Source: Fibrobacterota bacterium (lineage in GTDB: Bacteria > Fibrobacterota > Fibrobacteria > UBA5070). Taken from it: DNA of 64,000 nucleotides. Where the stretch lies: contig JADKBN010000013.1 in the NCBI GenBank assembly GCA_016715065.1, positions 64,588 through 128,587 on the forward strand, written 5' to 3'. Every line of letters begins with the position of its first letter. Position 1 is the first letter of the stretch. The translations under genes and the position numbers were made by a program. Below the pieces are notes generated by a model that ran no database searches, had not been told where the DNA came from, and saw only the letters and a list, made by a program, of their open reading frames with translations. Shown here piece by piece: positions 8,927-18,032 of this stretch.

Positions 8927-10252
8927 GTGGATACACTGATCCTGTCGCGCATCCAGTTCGGGATGACATGTTTTTTCCACTACCTGTTCGTTCCGCTCAC
9001 CCTGGGATTGTCGTTTCTGGTGGCCATCATGGAGACCGCCTGGGTTCGCACCGGCAATGAAGAGTGGCGCACCGCCGCAAAGTTCTTCGGGAAGTTGTTT
9101 CTGATCAACTTCGCCGTGGGCGTTGTGACGGGTATTCCGTTGGAATTCCAGTTCGGAACCAACTGGGCCGGCTATTCCCGCTACGTGGGCGACATCTTCG
9201 GGTCGCTCCTGGCCGTGGAAGCGACGGTGGCGTTTTTCCTGGAATCGACGTTCATCGCGGTGTGGTTTTTCGGGTGGAAGCGGCTTAATCCCAAGCTCCA
9301 TTGCGCGACCATCTGGATCGTGGCCATCGCCTCGAACATCTCCGCGTTCTGGATCCTGGTGGCCAACGCCTGGATGCAACACCCGGTGGGTTTCACGATC
9401 CGCAACGGACGTGCCGAGTTGACGGATTTCTTCGCGGTGATCTCCCAGAAGTTCGCGGTCCTGGAATTCATCCACACCGTGGGCGGCGCCTGGATTCTGG
9501 GAGGATTCTTCGTGCTGGGTGTCAGCGCCTGGCACATCGCGCGGGGAAGCCACGTGGGCGTGTTCAAGAAGGCTTTCAAGGTGGCCGCCATCTGGAGCCT
9601 GGTGTTCACGGTGTTCGAAGGGGTCCAGGGACACATGAACGCCGAGATCCTGGCTTCCACGCAACCCACCAAGCTCGCCGCCATGGAATCGCATTGGGTC
9701 ACATCGGAAGATGTCCCCATGCACCTGATCGCCTGGCCCGACCAGGAGAACGAGCGCAACGCGATCGAGACCCTCCCCATTCCCGGCTTGATGTCGTTTC
9801 TTGTCCACTACAATCCGCACGGCAAGGTGCAGGGCTTGAAAGACGTCCCGAAGGAGGATCGTCCTCCGGTTCTTCCCGTGTTCCTGTCGTTTCGCGCCAT
9901 GGTGGCCCTTGGGATCCTGCTTTTTTGGGTGGCCATCTGGGCCTTCTGGAAGCGCAACAGCATCGAGTCCCAACCTCGGTTGCTCAAGCTCCTGCCTTGG
10001 ATGATTTCTCTTCCCTACATCGCCAACTTGCTGGGTTGGACAGTTGCGGAAATGGGACGCCAGCCGTGGATCGTGTATGGCCTGATGCGCACCTCCGAGG
10101 GCGTTTCCAAGGTCTCGCCGTCACAGGTCTGGGGCTCCTTGGCCATGTTCTTCGGCGTCTACACACTGCTGGGCGCGATCGACTTCTACCTGATCTGGAA
10201 GTTCGCCCGCAAGGGACCACTTCCTGAACTTCCAACCACCGCCAAGGCGTAA
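8927..10252 (+). CDS. cydA: Cytochrome bd ubiquinol oxidase subunit I
   Basis: The GTG start is preceded by aaaggaa. The N-terminus VDTLILSRIQFGMTCFFHYLFVPLTLGL is typical of CydA. The 8462 alt-start of the ORF track is rejected because it overlaps the vWA gene. Confidence 0.9.
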   Translation: MDTLILSRIQFGMTCFFHYLFVPLTLGLSFLVAIMETAWVRTGNEEWRTAAKFFGKLFLINFAVGVVTGIPLEFQFGTNWAGYSRYVGDIFGSLLAVEATVAFFLESTFIAVWFFGWKRLNPKLHCATIWIVAIASNISAFWILVANAWMQHPVGFTIRNGRAELTDFFAVISQKFAVLEFIHTVGGAWILGGFFVLGVSAWHIARGSHVGVFKKAFKVAAIWSLVFTVFEGVQGHMNAEILASTQPTKLAAMESHWVTSEDVPMHLIAWPDQENERNAIETLPIPGLMSFLVHYNPHGKVQGLKDVPKEDRPPVLPVFLSFRAMVALGILLFWVAIWAFWKRNSIESQPRLLKLLPWMISLPYIANLLGWTVAEMGRQPWIVYGLMRTSEGVSKVSPSQVWGSLAMFFGVYTLLGAIDFYLIWKFARKGPLPELPTTAKA

Positions 10253-10264
10253 GGAGACCCGAAC

Positions 10265-11290
10265 ATGCTCGAGACCACCTGGTTTGTCATTTGGGGCGTC
10301 GCCTGGGCCGTGTACTTCATGCTCGACGGATTCGACCTGGGCTTGGGGCTGCTGTCTCCCTTCATTTCGAAGACAGAAACCGAACGTCGCATCGCCGTCA
10401 ACGCGATGGGGCCGTTCTGGGACGGCAACGAAGTGTGGCTGATCACGGCGGGCGGCGTGACCTTCGCCGCTTTCCCTGCCGCCTACGCGCTCATGTTCAG
10501 CGCGCTGTACACCCCGCTGATGATGCTTCTGTTCGCGCTCATTTTGCGTGGCGTGGCGTTCGAGTTTCGCAGCAAAGTGGAATCCGCCACCTGGCGCAAG
10601 GTGTGGGATGGCTCGCTGGCGGTGGGGTCGGGATTGGCGGCTTTGCTTTTGGGCGTGGCCTTCGCGAATCTGTTCGCGGGAATCCCCGTGGACGCCGAAG
10701 GGGTGTTCCAGGGAAATTTCCTGACGTTCCTGAGCCCGTACGGCTTGGCGGGCGGCGTGTTTTTCGTGGTGGCCTTCTTGCACCACGGAGCCCTCTGGCT
10801 GGTGGTCAAGACCGCGGGCGATTTTCGGGATCGCGCCCGGGCAGTTTCCTTCAAACTGTGGGTGGCCACTCTGGTGCTGGCCGTGGCGTTCCTTGGCCTG
10901 ACCGCGGTCTACACCCAGCTGTGGACCAATCTGCTCGGACGCCCTGCCCTGCTGGCCTTCCCGGCTCTGGCGGTGGTGGCCCTGGTGGCATCCCCCGTGC
11001 TTTCCCGCCAGCGGCGCGCTTGGGCGGCCTGGGGTGCTTCGGCGGCGTTTCTGGCCTGTGCGGTGGGCTTTGGCGTGGCGGGATTGTTCCCGACCATCGT
11101 CGGGTCCAGTTTGGATCCGGCGTATTCGGCCACGGCTTTCAATTCCGCCTCCAGCCCGCTCACCCTCAAGATCATGCTGGGCGTGGCGTTGTCCATCCTG
11201 CCATTGGTGATCGCCTACCAGACATGGGTGTATGTTCGGTTTGGCGGCACGGTCACGGCCGAAAACATGGAAGACGGCTCCTCGTACTGA
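10265..11290 (+). CDS. cydB: Cytochrome bd ubiquinol oxidase subunit II
   Basis: The N-terminus MLETTWFVIWGVAWAVYFMLDGFDLGLG is CydB-like. The gene starts 13 nt after cydA. Confidence 0.9.
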   Translation: MLETTWFVIWGVAWAVYFMLDGFDLGLGLLSPFISKTETERRIAVNAMGPFWDGNEVWLITAGGVTFAAFPAAYALMFSALYTPLMMLLFALILRGVAFEFRSKVESATWRKVWDGSLAVGSGLAALLLGVAFANLFAGIPVDAEGVFQGNFLTFLSPYGLAGGVFFVVAFLHHGALWLVVKTAGDFRDRARAVSFKLWVATLVLAVAFLGLTAVYTQLWTNLLGRPALLAFPALAVVALVASPVLSRQRRAWAAWGASAAFLACAVGFGVAGLFPTIVGSSLDPAYSATAFNSASSPLTLKIMLGVALSILPLVIAYQTWVYVRFGGTVTAENMEDGSSY

Positions 11291-11339
11291 ACCACACCGG
11301 GTCGCACCCCCCGGGAATGGCTTCAGGGGGTGCGATTCT

Positions 11340-12266
11340 ATGTTTCCCTCCATGCTTGGCTTCCCTTCCCGCCCCGGTCCTCGGACCGACTTTACCGATG
11401 TCGCGATCGCCTTGGCTGCGATCGCCGTTTCGGCCTTGTCGGGTTGCGCGAACGTCAACGAGGTTTCTTCGGTCACCACCACCAAGAACATCGCGGTGGA
11501 TAACCAGATTTTGTCCTACCACCATCGCTCGGACCTGCCATGGGGGGTCGTACCTGTGGTGCCGCAGGATTCGGTCGGTACCAGCCTCCAGGTCGCTTTG
11601 CAGGGGGGCGCCTTCGCCATGAGCGAAGCGGACGAACAAAGTCTCGGCTCCTGGTCGCCATCCACTTCGCAGGGGACGGCGGAGGCCACCTTGACGGATG
11701 GGATCTTCCGCGGCGGGATCGGTGGACGTATCGGTTCCGCACCTTCGATGTGGATATCGATCGGGGCTCTGGATCGCGGGCAGACCGGAGCCCATCTGTT
11801 CGGTGACGTCGCGATGGGATTTGCCCTGGGTCGCGCCACGGTGGATTATCGCGGCCTGCGCAGAACCGAAGAGTCCAGGAAAATGTCCTACGACACTTTG
11901 ATGACCAGCTCGCACCACCGACGTTGGAGCCACTTCACTCGGATCTCCCTGGGGTTGATCCCGGATGAATCCGGACCCTGGGCGATGGTCCAACTCATCC
12001 CGAGCTGGACCATGGTCGAATGGCCCCGTGGCTACACGGAAGTGGTCACGACCACCACGACCACCTACGAAGATTCGTCGCACACTTCCGACATCCGCCA
12101 GGACCGGAGAGAAAACGGAACTTCCTTGGAAAACGCGCTTTTGTTGAGCGTCGGAGCTGGTTGGACACGCCGATTCGGCGCACAGGCCCTGACGGTGGGC
12201 ACCCGCTATTCCATCAAGGAATTGCACCAACTGGAAATGGTCCTCCAGTTCTCTTCGGATCTTTGA
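11340..12266 (+). CDS. Hypothetical lipoprotein (paralog A), about 308 aa
   Basis: The signal peptide and lipobox are MFPSMLGF...IAVSALSGC. The C-terminus ...LLSVGAGWTRRFGAQALTVGTRYSIKELHQLEMVLQFSSDL is shared with the downstream paralog. Confidence 0.6.
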   Translation: MFPSMLGFPSRPGPRTDFTDVAIALAAIAVSALSGCANVNEVSSVTTTKNIAVDNQILSYHHRSDLPWGVVPVVPQDSVGTSLQVALQGGAFAMSEADEQSLGSWSPSTSQGTAEATLTDGIFRGGIGGRIGSAPSMWISIGALDRGQTGAHLFGDVAMGFALGRATVDYRGLRRTEESRKMSYDTLMTSSHHRRWSHFTRISLGLIPDESGPWAMVQLIPSWTMVEWPRGYTEVVTTTTTTYEDSSHTSDIRQDRRENGTSLENALLLSVGAGWTRRFGAQALTVGTRYSIKELHQLEMVLQFSSDL

Positions 12267-12269
12267 CAA

Positions 12270-12803
12270 ATGCCCACCCTTCTCGGACACGCTTTTTTGC
12301 CGTTGGGAGCCGCCCTGGCCGCCGATCGCCGCTTCGTGAGTCGGCCATTGGCGATCAGCTGCGTGGTGGCATCGATCCTTCCCGATCTCGATGCCATCGG
12401 CTACTCGCTGGGTGTGCCCTATGGTTCGGTCTGGGGCCACCGAGGAGCGACGCATTCCCTTGTGGCCGTCGCTGCGGTGGCGGGTCTCGCGTTTTGGCTG
12501 GCTCCTTGGCTGAAGGCCAAGCGATGGCTGGCGTCGGTCGCCGTGGGGCTCTCCATGGCCTCCCATGGTGTTTTGGACGCGGCCACCAGCGGAGGCAAAG
12601 GCGTGGCGTTTTTCTGGCCCTGGAGTGCGGAGCGGTTTTTCTTCCCGTGGCACCCGATCCGGGTTTCACCGATGGGGTTGGGAATCTTCAGCGCGCGCGG
12701 GGTGGCGGTGATGGCCTCGGAACTTCTGTGGGTCGGACTTCCCGCCCTGGTTTTGGCGGCGATCTGGTGGGCGGTGCGGCGGCGGGGCGGGGCTGGAAGA
12801 TGA
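12270..12803 (+). CDS. Membrane-bound metal-dependent hydrolase (DUF457/YdjM-like)
   Basis: The protein is 177 aa and multi-TM, with His/Asp-rich segments (GHRGATHSL, SHGVLDAATSGG). It sits between the two lipoprotein paralogs. Confidence 0.65.
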   Translation: MPTLLGHAFLPLGAALAADRRFVSRPLAISCVVASILPDLDAIGYSLGVPYGSVWGHRGATHSLVAVAAVAGLAFWLAPWLKAKRWLASVAVGLSMASHGVLDAATSGGKGVAFFWPWSAERFFFPWHPIRVSPMGLGIFSARGVAVMASELLWVGLPALVLAAIWWAVRRRGGAGR

Positions 12804-13661
12804 GGCTGCCTTCCTGCAGACAGAATTTGGCTGCCGTCGCGACCGGGAGCATTGTCATGCTTTTGGGCTGTGGGATGGGGATGGAGGAGACGACGCGGAC
12901 CATCTCCGTGGACAACATGTTGAACTCCTATCGCCATGTTTCGGACCTTCCCTGGGGCGCCATTCCTGTCTGTCCAGCGAAATCCAATCCGATCACGGGT
13001 CAGTTGAGCATTCAAGCCGGAGGCTACGCCTACAGTGGCATGTCGGACATGGATGGCCGATGGAGCGCGTCGCAATGGCAAGGAACGGGCGATTTCCAGG
13101 CTGTTTTCGGGATCGTTCGCTACGGTGTGGGTGCGCGCTGGGGTGCCGCACCGTCGACTTGGATTTCTCTTGGGTTGATGGGTCGTGAAATGGAAGATGG
13201 ACAGTTGTTCGCGGAGGTTGCGGTTGGGGGAGCCCGAACGATTTCCGAGGCGGAATATTTCAGCATTCGGACGGTGGACGTTGATGGCCGGATTTCGCGT
13301 GACACGAGCGTCCAACGCGCAAGGCAACGGAATTGGAACCCTTTCTTTCGCCTCTCCGGTGGATGGTTTCCACAAGCCAGTGGCCCGTGGGGGAGTGTCC
13401 AATGGATTCCGCAGTGGAGAGTGGCCGAATGGCCCGGGGTATCGCTCGGTCACAAGTACCACCGGAGATACCGCCGCCTGGCAGGATGATCCCATCGATC
13501 GAGAGTACCGCGAAAACCATGAAAGGTTTGCGAATCTGGTGAGTGTCGGTGCTGGCTGGACCGAGAGACTCGGTCGACATGCGCTGACGGTCGGGCTCCG
13601 ATACTCCGCCAGGGAACTGCGGCAACTGGAAATGCTGACCCAGCTCACGGCGGAGTTCTGA
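12800..13661 (+). pseudogene. Lipoprotein paralog B, interrupted by a single-base frameshift near 13435 in a C/G homopolymer
   Basis: The start MRLPSC...VMLLGCGMG overlaps the DUF457 stop (ATGA). Similarity to paralog A continues from frame 2 (ORF 12020..13489) into frame 3 (ORF 13185..13661) after ...EWP. The shared C-terminus is ...VGAGWTERLGRHALTVGLRYSARELRQLEM. Confidence 0.55.
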
Positions 13662-13761
13662 AGCGAAGGGAACTGATGCAAAAAAGCAACGCCAATGATC
13701 GGCAACGCCCGTGGTTGCTCGTGGTTGCGCGGCCGACTCTATGCAGCCGCGCAGAAAGGTT

Positions 13762-14397
13762 TCAGCGAATGACCTGGAACGATTGCGTGACCACACGGCC
13801 CTGCAGATCGGTGAGGCTGGCGAAGTAAGTGCCGTTGACAAGGTCCAGCGGGTGGGCGGCCGAGGCGTTGAACGACGCGATCGCCTTGCCATCCAAGGAC
13901 AAAATCTGCACGCGCGACCACTGGGAGGCGTTGTCCAGGCTCAGGGTGCCCCGCGACCAGGAAAGTCCGGCGTTGCGCACGCCCTTTGCGACATCCCGCA
14001 CGCCGATTTCTCGTCCATTTCCGACGCCCAGCTTCAGGGGGGCGGGTTCGCCATTGAGCCAAATCAGGATGTTCCGGAAACGGAGGGTAAGAATTTTGAT
14101 GGGGGTATATGCCTTCGCGCAGGACTTGCAACTGGTGTTGGTGGTGAAGTTCCAGCCCGCTCCGGTGTAGGAGGTCTTTGGGGAAATCTGGATGTTCTTC
14201 ACGTTCGCCAGGACTGAATCCAAGGTTGGAAAAGCGGCCATGGGCTCCGCCCAACGTTGCGGGTATCCCTTCTCAGCATCCGCGTACCAGGTTGGTCTGA
14301 CAAGCTCGGCGCGGTAGAAGGTGATGCCCACCCAATCATGGGCGAATTCCAGTTTGGGCCGTGTGATGGTATCAGATCTGGTTTTGACCTTTGACAT
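13762..14397 (-). pseudogene. 3-prime fragment of a secreted-protein gene: distal half of the repeat domain plus a T9SS-type C-terminal sorting domain, with no signal peptide
   Basis: The C-terminus is ...VQILSLDGKAIASFNASAAHPLDLVNGTYFASLTDLQGRVVTQSFQVIR. The N-terminus aligns to the middle of the domain repeated in gene 16043..17671. The fragment abuts the AT-rich insert. Confidence 0.5.
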
Positions 14398-15453
14398 CTC
14401 ATACTAACCCGGTATCGTGAGTCCATCACTACGCCGCGTACTTGACTTGGCTGTACGAGAAGAATGATTGAACCAATTCCTTATCCTTTTCAAGATGATC
14501 CATATAGCTCAGCACACGATTTTCTAAGACGTCGGAGCTGGATGTCATCGGCTGATTTGACATTCGCGATTTCATATCCGTTCAAATATCTCAGGTTCAT
14601 CTCCGGTGAATATGCGGAAAATCTAGCTCAATTAAACGCTTATTATCAACCAGCCATGGCTGTAAATCTTTAGCGTGATGAACGCGGGAGATATCAGAAT
14701 CAGGATGATTTTTCTGCCTTTGCATCTGCAAGCATTTTCATCAAAAACTCAAATCGTTCGAGATTAATTGCCCCGAATACGTGAACGAATTGCCTTGATT
14801 GCTCACCGCCGAAACCATGTGAAGATGGATGCGCTGCGGGACCTGTAACGAGGGCGTCATGCGGAGGCGAGTACGGAGTTGGTTGGGCGCGTTCTGGACA
14901 GCAGTTTCGTCTCCCACCAGATCCCGGCGTCTCCAGCGGCTGAGCCTGGATCGCAGGATCTCTTCTCTAGCCACTTGCTGGGGCGCGGGCCGGCTTCTTG
15001 ATCGTCGGGACTTGAGCCGTGAAGCCCCATTTTCAAGTACTTGCCGACAGGGTGATCACCAAGGAATCCCGTATTTCGAATAGATCAATTCTGAACTGCT
15101 GACGGCTCCAAAGCGCGAAGGGCATTTTCATTTGATCGGGTTTTGTCTGAAATCAACTGGACAATTTCGCTCTCGATCATCAGGGAATTTTCCATCGCCT
15201 TGTTTGCGGCCTTTGTTTTGGAATAAGAGACCGTCGCCGTCCTTCCCAAGCTCAAAACGCAACCGCATAGTTACGGGTGACATCAAAATCAGCCAACTTC
15301 TTGGTAAATTTTCATTCGTGATGCGCGGTTCCACTATCAAATCTCCGCAATACAGCCTTGACAGAGCCTGGCAATTTTAAGCTTCCTCTTGCTCTTTGTT
15401 ATCTCGTTCATGCTGATAAAATAGCACTTTGATATTATTTCCCTAATATCTAG
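14398..15453. other. AT-rich segment of about 1.05 kb, compositionally foreign to the GC-rich flanks, separating the two halves of a secreted-protein gene
   Basis: There are visibly AT-rich blocks at about 14400-14830 and 15060-15450, with a GC-richer middle. No ORF has recognisable similarity. I found no terminal inverted repeats or target-site duplication. Confidence 0.5.
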
Positions 15454-15891
15454 TTAGTAGACGAGACCTGCATTGGCCAAGGAATCGATGTATTTGGTCG
15501 ATCCGAACGAGACCGAGAGCTGGTCGTTGATGGGCCCGTTGGAGGAGAATTCGAAGGTCAGGCTGTCGAATTTGGAAAGATCGCGGACCGCCCAGGCGGA
15601 ATTGAGGGGGATCAAGAGGCCCACGTTGGCTGTGTATCCGCGCACATAGGGGCCGGCTCCGGCGGGATTCAAAAATTGCGTCGTGTCTCCCGCAAAACCG
15701 ATGTCGGCTTGGAGGACGCTCCCGGTATCCACCAGGAGGTTGACTGTGGACATTTCATTCTTGAAAACATCCAGCGCGTAAACGGTCTTGACGTCGTCCA
15801 TGCTGGTGGTGGGAATGTCGAACGGGACGGCGGCGAGGGCGGGAACCGAGAGGCCCGCGACAGCCAAAGTGCGTTGCAAAAAGGATTTCAT
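15454..15891 (-). CDS. 5-prime fragment of the same secreted-protein gene: signal peptide plus the first half of the repeat domain, 145 aa
   Basis: The N-terminus MKSFLQRTLAVAGLSVPALAAVPFD is a signal peptide. The body ...GYTANVGLLIPLNSAWAVRDLSKFDSLTFEFSS... aligns to the start of each repeat in 16043..17671. The stop lies exactly at the edge of the AT-rich segment. Confidence 0.55.
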   Translation of the reverse strand: MKSFLQRTLAVAGLSVPALAAVPFDIPTTSMDDVKTVYALDVFKNEMSTVNLLVDTGSVLQADIGFAGDTTQFLNPAGAGPYVRGYTANVGLLIPLNSAWAVRDLSKFDSLTFEFSSNGPINDQLSVSFGSTKYIDSLANAGLVY

Positions 15892-16042
15892 GGGAGAGGC
15901 CTCTCGTGTCGAGAATGGACAGCAGGGATGGTCTCCTGGGGAGAATCCCTTGGAAAGGCCAAAAACTAATCGTCGCACGGGCAATCGCGGGGTCGTCAAG
16001 GTGGGGTGGCGCCGTCCATAGGGCCGCCACCCGTTTAAATGG

Positions 16043-17671
16043 TTATCGCAGGATCTGGATGGGGGAGGCGGACCTGGTGCCGTCGTGCCCCTGCAGGATG
16101 GCGAAGTAGGATCCGTTGGGCAGATCCAGCACCATCCGGGAGGCGGGCTCCAGGGAGTGCAACTGTCGACCGTTGAGCGTGGTGATCTGGACGGAGGCCC
16201 AGCGGGAAGGATCGCCAAGCGTAAGCATGCCAGCGTGCCAGGAAATGGCGCCAATGGCGGGGGCGGAGGTCGTCAGTCCCGCGAATTCGAAGCTGGAGGG
16301 GGTCGCCACTGCCGGAACTGCGATCTGTCCCCGACCCACTGTCGGAAGCTGACCGGATCCGAGCAGCTTCAGGTTGCGAAGCTCCAGTGTGACCTGAGGC
16401 ATGGTCGGCCCGACACATTTCATGCAGGTCGTGCCATTGATGGTTCCGTTTTGGGAGTACAGGGTGCCGGGCCTGAAGTCGAGGTTCTTGGCCTTGGCCA
16501 GAACGTCCTGGATCACCGGGTAGTCCGCCGGAGCGATCCACCATGCCGGAGTCGCGAAATCGATGACATCCAGTCTCGCGACTCTCCAGGTCATGTCGCC
16601 TGGCAAGGCAGTGGCGCCACGCAGTGCGGTCTCGTAGACGGTTCCTGCAGCTTGCTGCGCCTGTGAATAGGTTTCGGATCCGAACGAGACGCGCAGACCG
16701 TCGGGAATCGTCTTGTCGCTTCGATACTCGAATTCGATGCCCGTCAGGGTCCTGAGGTCAATCTCTTCCCAAGTGGGTTGCAGCGGGATCAGGATTCCCG
16801 CATTGGCGCTGTAACCGGTGGTGCCGTCGCTGGCCAAGGCGATGGTCGTCTTCAAGGTGCCGGATCCGACCGAGATGGCGACTTTTGAGGCCGGGTTCGA
16901 GTAGGCTTGGATGGCGTAGAGGGCATTGACTTTGGCGGTGTCGGTCGCGGTCAGTTCGAACTGGCCGGACAACTGGGGAGTTTGGCGTCGCACCAGTTTG
17001 AAGTCACGGAATTCCGCGGTCACCGAAGGAGTGGCCGGTCCCACGCACTTGGTGCAGGGCATGCCGCTCTGGGTTCCGGATTTGGTGTAGAGGGTTTGCG
17101 GCTGCAAGTGGACGGAATTCATCCGTTTTAGGGCCTCGTCGAGGGTCGGGAAGCCCAGAGGGGCAGTCCACCATGCGGGTGTGGAAAAATCCTCGATGGG
17201 AAGGTTGGCGGATTTCCAGGATCTGCTGGCCGCAAGCGCCGCCGCGCCGCGAATCTGGTTTTGGTAGATCACGCCTTGCTTGATCTGGCTGGGTTGGTGG
17301 ACTCCCGATCCGATCAGAACATTCAATCCGTCGGAAATCTTGGAGTCGAGGCGGTATTGGAACTGGATGGCTTCCAGGTTCGATAGATCATGTTCGGCCC
17401 AGTCGCTGGAAAGCGGCACCATCACGCCTGCGTTGGCGGTGTATCCCTGGTTGCCGTCGCTGGCCAGCCTGATTTGGGTGGTCAGGATGCCGGATCCTGT
17501 CGATACGCTCACCTTCGAGGATCGGTTGGCGAAGGTCTGGATGCCGTAGGTTCGTTCCGCCGCCTGGTTGTTGTTGGTTTTCCGGGTGAATTGAGGGGAT
17601 TCCAGCAGGGTCTGGACCGGAGCTGGAGCCGAGTGCAACACGGCCAGTGAAGAGATCAACGCAAGACTCAT
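16043..17671 (-). CDS. Secreted protein of 542 aa with two tandem copies of a roughly 200-aa domain and a T9SS-type C-terminal sorting domain
   Basis: The internal duplication shows as NAGVMVPLSSDWAEHDL.../NAGILIPLQPTWEEIDL... and ...CTKCVGPATP.../...CMKCVGPTMP.... The C-terminus is ...LPNGSYFAILQGHDGTRSASPIQILR. Confidence 0.75.
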   Translation of the reverse strand: MSLALISSLAVLHSAPAPVQTLLESPQFTRKTNNNQAAERTYGIQTFANRSSKVSVSTGSGILTTQIRLASDGNQGYTANAGVMVPLSSDWAEHDLSNLEAIQFQYRLDSKISDGLNVLIGSGVHQPSQIKQGVIYQNQIRGAAALAASRSWKSANLPIEDFSTPAWWTAPLGFPTLDEALKRMNSVHLQPQTLYTKSGTQSGMPCTKCVGPATPSVTAEFRDFKLVRRQTPQLSGQFELTATDTAKVNALYAIQAYSNPASKVAISVGSGTLKTTIALASDGTTGYSANAGILIPLQPTWEEIDLRTLTGIEFEYRSDKTIPDGLRVSFGSETYSQAQQAAGTVYETALRGATALPGDMTWRVARLDVIDFATPAWWIAPADYPVIQDVLAKAKNLDFRPGTLYSQNGTINGTTCMKCVGPTMPQVTLELRNLKLLGSGQLPTVGRGQIAVPAVATPSSFEFAGLTTSAPAIGAISWHAGMLTLGDPSRWASVQITTLNGRQLHSLEPASRMVLDLPNGSYFAILQGHDGTRSASPIQILR

Positions 17672-18013
17672 TGTCTACCTCGAGGATGGTGGTTTCGTGG
17701 ACTCCACCACAGGGACGACCAAAACGATCCACTCCAACGGTCCTAAGTCCGCGAAGTGGAATTTTGATCGGTTGGTGGAGCTCTGGAGGGAGCGATCCTT
17801 CTGGGAGAAGGTCGCTCCGTTGTTTCAGGAATTCGAAGGGTCAGGAATTGACGGAGAGGTCGAGTTGGGGTTTCCGGCTTTCGCCGAGTTCGCAACGACT
17901 TGATCGGAGCATGTTCGTGGTGCAAGGTTCCGATGGGGTCCCAAGCGGTTGCCAGGAAGGTGGTCGCATCCGAAACCGAGGAGGTTCAGGATCTTTTGAA
18001 AAATGGTCAAATC

Positions 18014-18032
18014 ATCGCCAGAAACCGGCGAT
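18014..18032 (-). terminator. Weak hairpin abutting the GT2 stop codon (atcgcc-N7-ggcgat), followed on the minus strand by a short T-run
   Basis: On the minus strand the palindrome is followed by gatttgaccattttt. Confidence 0.25.

Noticed and set aside
14398-15453. The AT-rich segment as a group II intron or a bounded IS element
   Set aside because: At the gene-sense 5-prime junction there is no GUGYG-like boundary and no intron-encoded protein. I found no terminal inverted repeats or target-site duplication. It remains an unclassified insertion.
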